A DNA stretch of 63,951 nt, the filler included, from Octopus bimaculoides (lineage: Eukaryota): assembly GCF_001194135.2 (NCBI RefSeq). It is 7 parts of 7 records of this genome, joined end to end, with 100 filler letters (N's around TTAATTAATTAA, not from the genome) between each part and the next. Parts side by side here need not be neighbours in the genome. Positions count along the whole stretch, not along the records: positions 1 to 11,762 come from NC_068989.1; positions 11,863 to 31,800 come from NC_068993.1; 5 more parts are not named here. One strand, 5' to 3'. Each line of letters starts with the position of its first letter. The first letter of the stretch is position 1. Shown in pieces: positions 1-12,142 of this stretch. The position numbers and the translations under genes were made by a program. The notes under the pieces are model-generated. The model did not search any database. It was not told the origin of the DNA and saw nothing but the letters and a program-made list of their open reading frames with translations.

Positions 1-180
1 AACTAGTGCTGATGCGTTTACACCCCTATCACTAAGCAGTTTGACAAAAGAGACTGATAGAAGTAAGTACCAGGCTTTTAAAAATTTAAGTACTGGGGTT
101 GGTTCATTCGACTACAATGTTTCCAAGGCAATGCCCCAGCATGGCTGCAGTCTAATGACTGAAACAAGTGACAGATAAAA
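1..180 (+). mobile_element. 3' half of tRNA-derived SINE (5' part outside window)
   Basis: Same body and tail as the full copy at 49127-49575 (...gactgatagaagtaagtaccaggc...gccccagcatggctgcagtctaatgactgaaacaag). Confidence 0.8.
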
Positions 181-1264
181 GATAACGATTCAGATTTAAA
201 TTTAGTTTTTGACAAAACATTTAATCATTTTGTGACCATATTCCTGATCAAAGATATTGACTAAATTTCAATTAACTTTGAAAGTAATGAAAAAATTTGA
301 AGGATCTAATAAAATAAATAACTTTCTTACTTATCAGTAAATTAAGCTGTTGTTTGAAACATAACTTAAATTTTTTTTATATACAAAATTAAAATATATA
401 GTTTAATTATATATATGTAGACTTTAAGAACAGGCAGTTAGGGAGTCTCGGTCAGTATGAAAAAAAGCTAAACAGACAAGAAATTTATCATGACTGGTAA
501 TGGAAACATCAAACTCAGGGATCCCCAAACTTTTTCATGGAATCATTGATCCCTCAGCAACATCAGGCATGTACAAAAAAATAAATTAATAATAATAATA
601 ATAATTTAGTAGATGTGCAGTTTCCATGTTTTCTAGAGTTTGTCATAACCTCCTTACATCCTCAGTCATCACATAAATATTTCCTTCAAATAAATATATA
701 ACCACACATTGGTCATTATTATAGCTCATAATTAAAAATGTGTATAAGCAAGTTGTATTTTATGTAGTTTTACTTCTTAAACAAACGTCAACATTTGAAC
801 CCAAAAGTTCATTTGACCCTGGCATTTATCAACCCCCTTTTTACCCCCAGGCATTTATTGACCCCTTGAAGAGCCCCACTGACCCCCACAGCTCAATATT
901 GACTTCTTTGGAGACCCCTGATCTAACTACTCACAAACCATATATCTGTTTAGTCCACAGAAAAATAAGCAAATTTAGTAAAACAATTCTAAAAGTCAAA
1001 AGTAATTAACAGTTCAGAGCTTCATGTTGAGTAATTTTGTCTTAGACATTCCAAGTTTTACTACAGCTATTTTATACACTGGTCTCTGTAGGGTTTCATT
1101 AGGCCATAAGCATGCTACAATAATATATAACATATATGTGGAACTACTTCCCTAAAATGTGAAAAAATTCCATAGCATCACAGGAAAGAGATTGCTTAGG
1201 ACAATAACAGCTATTAGCTTGAATTAAAGTAACAAAAGAAAATGAAGAAATAAACTTTCATTAC

Positions 1265-1389
1265 CTCTTTTAATGGAATCTCACTCTTCAGAGATTGCTC
1301 TATCCACTGGAAAGATACAACCCAACATTTATGGGCAATACCTTGAAAATATTTCAGTGTACGATCACAGTAACGCACCTGTGGAGATA
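1265..1389 (-). CDS. BRCA1: BRCA1 BRCT1 exon (equivalent to human exons 18+19)
   Basis: Acceptor ttttgtttag, donor gtaatg, 125 nt, phase 1 to 0. Translates (V)[41 protein letters not shown], matching from memory BRCA1 [37 protein letters not shown]. Confidence 0.88.
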
Positions 1390-1998
1390 CTAAACAAAAT
1401 ATTTGTTTCTTTTACTGTCTGAAAGGCCAGTATGAGTAAAAGCATTAATGTTAATAAAGGTTAACATAGCAATTAGTGATATGATAACCACATCAAACAA
1501 AAGTAACAAGTATGCTAAAAGGTTCATCACAGCTAAACTTTCTTGTTAAATATTTATAGATGAGGAAACTTTTTTAGTGTGAAGTTTGTAGGTAAAGAAA
1601 CTAAGATGATAAGAGAAAAATTGAGAAAGGCATCAGGCTGGTTTAGGTGGTGGATAGTTACACAGTTTGCTAGTTCAGGAGAGCTGAAGTTGTTGAAAGA
1701 TGCAGAGAAGAAACAGTGATCTGTGAATCAGTGACTGTTACCTGCTGGGGTGAGTGAATCTTTTCATGAACCATCCACATTAAAGCCAATTAATTTGTTA
1801 CATTTTTTTTCTTTGCAGATATTAGAGTTGAATATGGTCTATATATTTCAATCATCAAATCAACATTTTTCATACACAGTCAAGTAAGGATCAATAGATT
1901 CAACATATCAAATATACCATCTTGATAATCTCTCTCTCCTTCACCAAATATACAATTCTGTATAAAGAATTCAGTTTCTAATATTTCAACAGAATAAA

Positions 1999-2165
1999 AG
2001 GTGTCAAGCTGGCAGAATCATTAGCACACTGGCAAAATGCTTAGTGGCATTTCATCTGTCTCTAGGCTCTGAGTTCAAATTCCGCCTTTCATCTTTCTGG
2101 GGTTAATAAAATAAGTACCAGTTGAATACTGGGGATGATGTAATCAAATTATTTCCTCCCCCATA
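1999..2165 (+). mobile_element. SINE with Deu/Nin-like core
   Basis: gctggcagaatcattagcac...gagttcaaattccgcc..tttcatctttctggggttaataaaataagtaccag; same family as many copies in the window. The Deu/Nin label comes from recalled similarity of the gcctttcatcc...gataaattaagtacc motif. Confidence 0.7.
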
Positions 2166-2284
2166 AGTGCTGGCTTAGTACCAAAATTTGAAATCAATAC
2201 TTCAACAGATATGATGAAACTATACTTCAACTGAACATTTTAATTTATATCCTAATTAGAGAATGTATGCAAAATTCTGCTTAC

Positions 2285-2372
2285 CTGTCTTTACTATAAC
2301 ATGTGTTACTTCTGATGAGAATTGCAAAGAAAACTTATACCCAACTTTATCACAAAACTGTTTGACTTTATG
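2285..2372 (-). CDS. BRCA1: BRCA1 BRCT1 exon (equivalent to human exon 17)
   Basis: Acceptor atatttgcag, donor gtaagc, 88 nt, phase 0 to 1. Translates HKVKQFCDKVGYKFSLQFSSEVTHVIVKT, compared with human [29 protein letters not shown]. Splices in frame to 1389-1265. Confidence 0.85.
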
Positions 2373-3351
2373 CTGCAAATATATTGATTATCTATCATTA
2401 ACTTCAAGTCTGCATGTGTGGAAATTTCTATTCAAGAGAACTTATTTCTCAGTGTTGAATGACACTTAATATGAAAGAGAACCAATAATTATTTCAGTCG
2501 GTAACAACTTGGTATTTATTACCAAGTTGAAAATAATTTAGATTAAAAAAGCACCAAATATTAACTCAACAGTAAATAATATAAAAACAAACTGATTAGA
2601 TCTCTAAAGTTATCAATAAAGCTCTCCTGCAAACTACAGGAAGCTTATAACATATATTCAAACATGTCTTATGAAGAAGTATTAAATGTCAATAGTCTTA
2701 AAACCAACAAATACATCAAATGCCATAATTATCACATCTCCAGACACAGCCATTACAGAGACAGACATGAAAAGAAAAACACAGTAAGGGAAATAAAAAG
2801 TTACTCCTGAAGTTGGGATAGTACAATGATTTCCTTTCATTACAAAAATTTCACACACACACAGAAGCAATCCAACAGAAAATTCACATTAAAAAGGATC
2901 TTCAATAACTACAACACAGATAGAAATTGTTATATCATCAATATAATGAAATGTAATGTAATGTAGCTTGAAATATCACTATAATTCATTTTAAAATGAG
3001 AATAACATCCCTGACTAAGGGCTGTCATTCCACCATCAAAAGCTGAAAAACAGCTACAAAACACTTGTAGATCTGTTATTCAACCAGTCTTTAGCTTTCA
3101 AAGATCATGAGCAACTCTGACAAAATAAATAAATAAGAAAATGGCTAAGATGGCTGTTACAAGCCATTCATCCATTCCTAATTACCTCATTTCCTCCCAG
3201 ATTATAAAATCTTTCTTGTTTTAACTGCTCACAACTCTAATAGTTAGCTGCCTCACCAAAAGTACAGTATATATGACTCTAGAACCAGTTGCAAGCTAAA
3301 ACGAACCTACTCAAAAGATGTGCAATGATTTTTTTCTATCACCTTCATTCA

Positions 3352-3680
3352 TCATCATCATCATCATTTAACATCCATCTTCCATGCTGGCATGCATTAG
3401 ATGGTTTGACCAGAGCTGGTAAGCTGGAAAGTCACACCAGGCTCCAGTCATCTGTTTTGGATTGATTTCTACAGTTAGAGGCCCTTCCTAATGCTAACCA
3501 CTTTACAGAGGTTCTGGGTGTCTTTTACATGTCACCAGTACAGGTGCCTTTTACGCGTCGCCAGTATCATCATCATCATCATCATCATCATCGTTTAACG
3601 TCCGCTTTCCATGCTAGCATGGGTTGGACGATTTGACTGAGGACTGGTGAAACCGGATGGCAACACCAGGCTCCAGTCTG
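3352..3680 (-). mobile_element. Two 3'-terminal fragments of RTE-type LINE with (GAT)n tails
   Basis: (cat)n followed by ttaacgtccgctttccatgctagcatgggttggacg, the reverse complement of the 3' end attached to the RT-coding copies at 7660 and 27862. Confidence 0.75.
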
Positions 3681-3822
3681 CAGCCATGCTGGGGCATTGC
3701 CTTGGAAACATTGTAGTCGAATGAACCAACCCCAGTACTTAAATTTTTAAAAGCCTGGTACTTACTTCTATCAGTCTCTTTTGTCAAACTGCTTAGTGAT
3801 AGGGGTGTAAACGCATCAGCAC
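3678..3822 (-). repeat. Exact inverted duplicate of positions 6-150 (SINE segment)
   Basis: Base-by-base comparison: the reverse complement of 3678-3822 equals 6-150. It ends at the gap starting at 3823. Confidence 0.9.
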
Positions 3823-4879
3823 NNNNNNNNNNNNNNNNNNNNNNNNNNNNNNNNNNNNNNNNNNNNNNNNNNNNNNNNNNNNNNNNNNNNNNNNNNNNNN
3901 NNNNNNNNNNNNNNNNNNNNNNNNNNNNNNNNNNNNNNNNNNNNNNNNNNNNNNNNNNNNNNNNNNNNNNNNNNNNNNNNNNNNNNNNNNNNNNNNNNNN
4001 NNNNNNNNNNNNNNNNNNNNNNNNNNNNNNNNNNNNNNNNNNNNNNNNNNNNNNNNNNNNNNNNNNNNNNNNNNNNNNNNNNNNNNNNNNNNNNNNNNNN
4101 NNNNNNNNNNNNNNNNNNNNNNNNNNNNNNNNNNNNNNNNNNNNNNNNNNNNNNNNNNNNNNNNNNNNNNNNNNNNNNNNNNNNNNNNNNNNNNNNNNNN
4201 NNNNNNNNNNNNNNNNNNNNNNNNNNNNNNNNNNNNNNNNNNNNNNNNNNNNNNNNNNNNNNNNNNNNNNNNNNNNNNNNNNNNNNNNNNNNNNNNNNNN
4301 NNNNNNNNNNNNNNNNNNNNNNNNNNNNNNNNNNNNNNNNNNNNNNNNNNNNNNNNNNNNNNNNNNNNNNNNNNNNNNNNNNNNNNNNNNNNNNNNNNNN
4401 NNNNNNNNNNNNNNNNNNNNNNNNNNNNNNNNNNNNNNNNNNNNNNNNNNNNNNNNNNNNNNNNNNNNNNNNNNNNNNNNNNNNNNNNNNNNNNNNNNNN
4501 NNNNNNNNNNNNNNNNNNNNNNNNNNNNNNNNNNNNNNNNNNNNNNNNNNNNNNNNNNNNNNNNNNNNNNNNNNNNNNNNNNNNNNNNNNNNNNNNNNNN
4601 NNNNNNNNNNNNNNNNNNNNNNNNNNNNNNNNNNNNNNNNNNNNNNNNNNNNNNNNNNNNNNNNNNNNNNNNNNNNNNNNNNNNNNNNNNNACTGTTCCC
4701 TGTGAGTAGGTCCTCTTTCTCTCACTCTGACTGTCTCTAAATTTCTCTCCTTCTCTCTTCCACCTTCTTTTGCTTCCTTGTCCTACTGGAGAAGTGAAGT
4801 ATCTCCTCTACAGTAAGACAGGTATCCCTGTCACTCTATCATACTTCAACCTCTCGCTTTGCTCACAGCCACTTCTCCT

Positions 4880-5400
4880 GGTTGCTTTCCCTCTCTCATT
4901 TGAGATGTCCTTGTCTTGTAAGCTACTTAGCAACTCCACAGGTTCTGGTGCCACACAGACAGCATCCCTGTCAATGCCATGTAAAAAGCACCCAGTACTG
5001 TAAAGTGGTTGGCATTAAGAAGGGCATCCAGCTGTAGAAATCATGCCAAAACATGACTGGAGCCTGGTACAGCCCTCTAGCTTGTCAGCTCCTGTCAAAC
5101 CATCCAACCCATGACAGCTTAGAAAATGGACCGTACATGATGATGATGATGATGATAATTGCGAATCAAATCTATTGAATCAGTCATCATCATCATCACC
5201 ATCACCATCTTTTAATGTCTGTCTTTCATGCTGGCACGGTTGGGGTGATTTGACAGAATCCAATCAGTCCAATTATGCCCCAATATCTGCTTTGACATGT
5301 TTTCTAAAGCTGGATATACCCTTCCTAACATCAACCACTTAACAGAGTGTATTTGGTGTGTTTTCCATAGCACCAGCATGTAACTTGCAAAACTAAAACC
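4880..5400. mobile_element. RTE 3'-UTR fragments in opposite orientations
   Basis: The + copy ends ...aaaatggaccgtacatgatgatgatgat (~5155). A - copy starts catcatcat...ttaatgtctgtctttcatgctggc (~5185). Confidence 0.65.
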
Positions 5401-6560
5401 CACATTGACTGAGTTAAACTACAGTAGAGAGGTATGTGGTTTTATGGGATGAGGGATTAAAGTATGAGAGAAGGGAGCCAAAACAACAGATTTCTAGCAA
5501 CTCATACTATAGAGGTTGGGGGTAACAGGGGTGGGGCTGCAAAGAGATAAAGTACTGATGATGATTTACCAGGGTGGACCCTGAAGGTACAAGAAGGTGA
5601 GTAGATGGAAGTGGGATAGAACAATGGAGAATGAGGGTGGGTGGGAAGTATGGTTAGAGACAGGAAATGGCTGGGGTGGGACAAATATAAAGGACAAGGT
5701 TTGAGAGGTGGTTGATGATAAAATGATGCTGGGGGGAAAGAAAGGAGAGAGTAGGTGATGACTGTAGAGATTTGATATGCTTGAGTGGGGATGTAGTGAA
5801 GGGTGGACAAGAATGGAAAGATGATTGATAACATATTAGTTAGAGGAAGGTAGAGGAAAGTAGGTAATGATTAACAGTACTACAATACTTTCAACCACTA
5901 CTTCAACACCTTCAAACACTACTACAACACACTTAGACACCACTACAACACTCCCAAACACTACTGCAACTCCCACAAACACTACAACACTATTTCTCAC
6001 TCAGATTCAGTAAATGCATACAAAATAAACAGCAGCATCAATAACCACATTGTCTAAACATTCTGTTGAGATGTGGTGCCATATGATCAAAGAACCAACA
6101 ACTATTGCATTCCTGTGGAATTCATGTTGCTTGTTACCAATAGACTCCAAGTGGAGAATATGCAACATGTTCAGACTACTGTGGTTATACCCCATATGTC
6201 AATGTACAGTATGATACCCAACTAGATACAGAAGGCACAGTATATCTGGGGTACTAGATTGGAAGAGTACATTTATTCATTAAACTGATTAGCTACCTGT
6301 CATAAGTCATTGCATCAGGACCAACCAGGGTTACACAACCACAAGAAGAAGCAGTTTCATTGTTAGTTACAACAGGAAAGACAATTTTCATATAACTGCT
6401 TTATGTTGTTTAAAAGAATACTGGAAAGATGAGCTGTATCAGATTTATACTCCTTATTTATTGGCATTACATCTATTTCCTTCTGAACCTGCTGAATTAT
6501 TTTATTTTGTTTTATACTAGTGAATGAAAACATATTACTAAGCTATCTTTTGGTTTTTAG

Positions 6561-6696
6561 GCTGATTTTGAAATCACTGGTGATACTGTTAATGGTAAAC
6601 ATCACAGAGGGCCAACACGATCACGTCTATCAAATACAAATCTTTTAACATCCTATCAAATTTATTTTACTGGGGAAACCTCTGAACTACCATTAG
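6561..6696 (+). CDS. BRCA1: BRCA1 inter-BRCT linker/BRCT2-start exon (equivalent to human exons 20+21)
   Basis: Acceptor tggtttttag, donor gttagt, 136 nt, phase 0 to 1. Translates ADFEITGDTVNGKHHRGPTRSRLSNTNLLTSYQIYFTGETSELPL, compared with human [46 protein letters not shown]. Confidence 0.88.
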
Positions 6697-6855
6697 GTTA
6701 GTATCTTAATCTTTCTTTTTATCTTCATTCACTTTGTCTCCCTTTGTTTGATAGTATTGGCATAATAAAAACTATGAAAATAATTGAATACATAAAAATT
6801 AATATATACTCAAATATATATTTACTCAGAATAGAACTTTTGAGATGCAGGTTCT

Positions 6856-6975
6856 TTAACCCTTTAGCATACAGATTCTTCTGACAAATGTAAAGCTTAT
6901 TTATTCACATTGTTTTGAAGTAATCATGAATTATCTCATAGCTTTCAGATTTCAGTAATGTGATTGCTTATTTTC
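6856..6975 (+). mobile_element. Partial piggyBac-like MITE (left end)
   Basis: ttaaccctttagcat... start, homologous to the complete copy at 41288-41503. Confidence 0.6.
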
Positions 6976-7659
6976 ATATATATATATAATATAAAATTCC
7001 ATTACAAAAAAGTTGACACACCCAGTTATTAAAATTTTAATTATTGAACTTTGTATCTTTGGTTTTAACATTGTCAAAGCAAGAAATTAAATACAATAAA
7101 ACCAAAAATAACTAAACTACTAACACATTTTGTGCCTCCCTAACATAAACATACACATTCGCTTACAAAGTTCTACATACATGAATAAATTCTAAACAAT
7201 AACATAACCCCAAATTTAATCAATAAAAATTTCTCCAAAACACGTCCTAAAACCTGATTACTACCCCACTCAAACCCACACACCCAAGGAAAACTTAAAC
7301 CCAACAGAGATCTTATAAAGCTAAGATTAATTCTAATTCATCACAGTCCAACAATAGCTTAACTGGTGGAAACTTTGAAGTCACTGTCAACAATATTCTT
7401 GTTCAAGAATAAGCTTATCCTCCACAAAAGTATCGAGTAACCCCTCAAATTAATGTAAAATTATTTTTTTATTATAACTAGACATAAAAACAAGTGTATA
7501 TAGAAATTGGGCTTGTTCCAGTTTCCATCTACCAAATCCACTCACAGGGCTTTGGTTGGCCTGGGCTTATAGTAGAAGACACTCGCCAAAGTTGCATTGC
7601 AGTGAAACCCCTGTGGCTAGGAAACAAACTCCCTGCCAGACAGCCACACCTGCACTTAC

Positions 7660-10050
7660 TATCATCGTCATCATCGTTTAATGTCCGCTTTCCATGCTGA
7701 CATGGGTTGGACAGTTTGACTGGGGGCTGGCAAGCCAGAAGGCTGCACTAGGCTCCAGTCTGATCTGGCAAAGTTTCTACAGCTGGATGCCATTCCTAAC
7801 ACCAACCACTCCAAGAGTGTAGTGGGTGCTTTTCACATGCCACCAGTATGAGGGCCAGTCAGGTGACACTGGCATCGACCATGCTCGAATGGTGCTTTTT
7901 ATGTGCCACCGGCACAGGTGTCAGTCAGGTGGTTCTGTCATCAGCCATGACAATGACATCACTTGACTCAACAGGTCTTTGCAAGTGCAGTTTATTGTCC
8001 AATGATTGAAGTGTACTCTTGGATGGGCTGGTTATTCTGCACTGGCATAGGCCATGGTCACAGTCTCACCCGGCTTGCTGAGTCTTCTCAAGCACAGCAT
8101 ATCTCCAAAGGTCTAGGTCACTTGTCATCGCCTCCGTGAGGCCCAACGTTCGAAGGTTGTGCTTCAACACCTTATCCTAGGTCTTCTTGGGTCTACCTCT
8201 TCCACAGGTTCCCTCTACTGCTAGGCTGTGGCACTTTTTCACACAGCTCTCCTCATCCATATGCAATACATGACCATACCAGTGCAGTTGTCTCTCTTGC
8301 ACACCACATCTGATGCTTCTTACGTCCAACTTTTCTCTCATAGTGCTTACGTTCTGTCATGTTTGCAACTGACATTACACATCCAGTGGAGCATACTAGC
8401 TTCATTCCTTGCAAGCTTACGCATATCCTCAGCAGTCATGGTCCATGTTTCACTGCCATGTAGCATGGCTGTTCACACACCTGTCATACAGTCTACCTTT
8501 TACTCTGAGCGAGAGGCCCTTTGTCACCAGCAGAGGTAGGAGCTCTCTGAACTTTACCCAGGCTATTCCTATTCTAGCAGCTACACTCACAGAGCATCTG
8601 CCTGTTACTAACTTGGTCACCTAGGTAATGGAAGCTATCAACTACTTGTAGTTTTTCCCCATGGAATTTGACGGAAGCTGTTTTCTGTACATTTTCAGTG
8701 TTTATTGCCCCTGAGCATTTTCCACACACAAAAACTATCTTCCCAGTTAGCCTTCCTTTGATATTGCTGCACCTTTTATGTGTCTATAGCTTGCACTGGG
8801 TACATCTTACGGAGTTTCTACCTACGCCTTTTCTACATATCGAGCAGGGCCATCTACCTGAAGGGATTTTTGATTTGTCTGCCTTCCTGCTTATTAAGAC
8901 TTTAGTTTTTGCCATATTGACTCTAAGGGCCTTTGATTCTAGACCTTGCTTCCACACCTGAAACTTCTCCTCTAGTTCAGATAGTGACTCTGCTATCCTG
9001 TCTTGAATTCTACTGTTATTGCCTAGAGGACTATGATGAATAAAAGGGCTGAGGACTGATCCTTGGTGGACCCCTACCCGGAAGTCTTCACTGTACTCGT
9101 TGCCAACCCTCACCTTACTGACAGCATCCCTGTACACGGCTTGTACAGCTCTCACTAACCATTCATCTATCCCTAGTTTCCTCATTGACCACCAGATAAG
9201 GGATCAGGGGACCCTGTCAGAGGCTTTCTCCATGTCAATGAAAGCCAGGTATAAAGGTTTATCTTTGGCTAGGTATTTCTTCTGTAGCTGTCTTACCAGA
9301 AATATAGCATCAGTGGTGCTTTTCCCTGGCACGAATCCAAACTGCATCTCTTCTAAACTGACTCTCTCCTTTATTAGTTGGGCAATGACCCTTTCATTAC
9401 TTGCTCCAACAACTATCATTACCTGCTCCAACAAGTTTTATTACCTGTTCCAACAACTAGATACCTCTATAGTTATTCGTATCTAATGCATAACCTTTAC
9501 CTTTGTGGCAGTTGACTATGGTGCTGCTACACATTAACCTATTTTTCCACAAGAAGTATACCCACGCCCATCAGTGTCCCTTGCCCAGAAAATCTAATAC
9601 CTATGTTCTTTGCCTGTGAGGAACCTAGCAGAACTTCCTCTCCACCTTACTTCTTGGATGCAGCACAAATCTACACGTTTCCAGTCAAGCATCTCAACAA
9701 TTTCACCAGACTTACCTTTCAGTGTGCCAGCTCTGAGTGTGAGGGAAGTGAGACCCTGGGACGAGAGACAGCAGCATCATGTACCTGAAAAGAAAGCTTG
9801 CATTTGGCAAAACTCATAAACATACAATAGCCCTCAACCTTCATACACTACATCATAATTTTATGCACTACATAATCACTACATTACATAGGAGATAAAA
9901 CCTAAGTAGAGATGGGAATATTAAGCCTTTGGCGGTGTTCATGGCAGAGACATCTGATAGAGGTCAGACTTCCGGGACAGGTGGTGGAGGTGGGAGTGGT
10001 GGGTGCATCATGAAACAGCAAAGACTCAGGCTGCCAGAGGGAGAAAATAT
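7660..10050 (-). mobile_element. Degenerate, internally deleted RTE-clade LINE (APE start, RT, 3'UTR)
   Basis: RT fragments QFGFVPGKSTTDAIFLVRQLQKKY, AFIDMEKASDRVP, VGVHQGSVLSP. APE N-terminus GTLKGKSGEIVEM...DLCCIQE near 9650-9730. (GAT)n tail at 7660. Many stops and frameshifts. Confidence 0.85.
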
Positions 10051-10145
10051 TAATGATAATAATGATAGAATTGGGCATTTGAATTCTTAACTAGAGCTAT
10101 AACCACCAGTTTTTGGTCAGCCAAACTTTGACAAAATTAGATAAA

Positions 10146-12108
10146 CTAGCAGTATAGCCTGGCATTGCCTGGGATTAAGTTAGGACTATTAAGCGATCAG
10201 GCACTTTATTTCAAACCAAAATAAGTGACACCAGCATCAAATTCGCATGAAATCCGTTGAAATTGATAAACATTTGGCTGAAAATGGGTTGCAGGCAATT
10301 TGATTGGGAAATCCCATAAGGAATCGGTTTATCGATTATTTCCACTCATCGATTTTTTTTTTGAGAACTTAAAGCATTCAAAGATCCCATGAGTCCTAAG
10401 TAATGCTGGTATCAAGTTTGAGCAAAATACATCAAAATTGGTAAAAGTTATGGTTGAAAATGGGGTATAGCCAATTTTAGTGGGAAATCCTATAAGGAAT
10501 CGGTTTATCAATTGAATGGAAAACCCCAAATGGATGCCTGCCACTGATAATGTTTGGCCTTGGGATTTGTTGATGGACATGGCAAAGCATGGTCTCACCA
10601 GGAACTGCAATCTGCAGAAGTTAAACAGCATGTCTGACCCCGAGGGTAAAGCTGCATCCTTGAAATGAAAAGATTTTCAACCCTCCTGCACCCTGTAACA
10701 TGCATGTTTGTGCGTAGGCTTAAGTCTTAACCTGGGGCCACAACATGGATGACTTAAGGCATGTGTGCACTTCATCAGCCTGGCTCCCTTTAAGGATGAC
10801 AGGAAGGGTTTGCTGGAAATCTCCTGAAAGCAATAGAGTTACACCACCCATAGAAGCTGTATAATCCCTGGTACCTTTCAGTGATCAGTCCAGTGCCTCA
10901 AGGGCACCCTTATTGGTCATTGTGCATTTGTCCCATACAATGAGACAGCACTGTCTAAGAACTTCAGCTTCCTCTGAATTTTTGCCAATGCTGCAAGTAG
11001 GAACCTCGGCCCTCAACAAATCTAAAGGCAGCTTGAATGCTGAGTGCGCCATCCTACCTCGCGGCAATAATGTAGCAGCGATTCCCGAGGAAGCAATGGC
11101 TAGTGCAATTTGCTTCTCGCGACGAATCTTAGCAAGTATTAATTATGTTACAAAGGATTTGCTGGTACCTCTAGGAGCATCGAGGAAAAAAATGCTGCCT
11201 GCCTGTTTTTCAATGGCACTGACGACAGTTTTGTACACCAGTCTCTGATCAGGGAGCAATTTCGGTTCATTTACTCTCAGGTACTCCGCAAGGCCATCAG
11301 CATCATACAACTCCAGAAGTAACTTTGGTGGGAGTGTGTTAACATCCTATCGCAATGAGGATGGCAAACCGAATGTGTTCAATACGCCCCACCCATTTTG
11401 AGCAGGGCATCCTCGATTTCAATTAGCGCATTATTGTAGATCAGGTCATTGTATCCAATGTCAGCATTAGGGCACTGTTGCTTTGCTAGTCATCATTTGC
11501 CTTGACCAAGAAAGCAAAATTACATACAGAGAATTTCATAAACAGGAATGAATGGATAAATGGTTGGTAAATTTTTAGATTAACACTCGCATGATTTGCA
11601 CTAAGAAAAAAAATAATCGGATTTTTTGTGTGGAATTTTTTGTGGTCCGAAAAACAGGGTAGAGTGTGGTGGAAGCCTCGGAAATTTCGCTCCCCACACC
11701 CATTGATCTTTTCACCATCTATTTTTCAATGTACATGGAAATATACGGAGATTAAGAATATGNNNNNNNNNNNNNNNNNNNNNNNNNNNNNNNNNNNNNN
11801 NNNNNNTTAATTAATTAANNNNNNNNNNNNNNNNNNNNNNNNNNNNNNNNNNNNNNNNNNNNACGAAATTTAAAAAATCTGTTATCTCTCTCCCTTTATT
11901 TACACCATCGCTAAAAGGGGACTTAACTCATGCTCCAACTTGAAAATTGTTAGAAGTTATGGTTTAAAATTATTTTTAATACAAAAATTCACGTCTTAGG
12001 AAGCAATAAAAAAAATAATAAATGGCCGATTCCGGGCATTTTCGACCATGAGGAATCCATTGGTGTGACTCCCAGATTGCTATCTTGTAAAGTGTGGATT
12101 TCTATAGA
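10146..12108 (-). mobile_element. Non-autonomous Helitron with both termini and PIF1 helicase remnants (spans a gap)
   Basis: 5' A|TCTATAG at 12108. 3' CTAG|T at 10146, preceded by a cccaggcaatgccagg hairpin. PIF1 pieces LPRGRMAHSAFKLPL, LIVWDKCTMTNKGALEALD and RLQFLVRPCFAMSINKSQGQTL. Confidence 0.8.
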
Positions 12109-12142
12109 TGCAACACGCACACACACACACACACGCACACGC

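Noticed and set aside
3793-4725. Long ORFs of 310-417 aa (also 44064-45317 and 44273-45301)
   Set aside because: Composed almost entirely of N-derived X residues.
6293-6560. ~89-codon open frame just upstream of the BRCA1 + strand exon
   Set aside because: No ATG, no splice support, ends at the acceptor; consistent with chance in AT-rich intron.
11807-11818. TTAATTAATTAA islands inside N runs (also ~31845, 34481, 55006, 60942, 62708)
   Set aside because: Identical 12-mer centred in 100-nt N pads with stops in all frames: an assembly gap marker, not biology.
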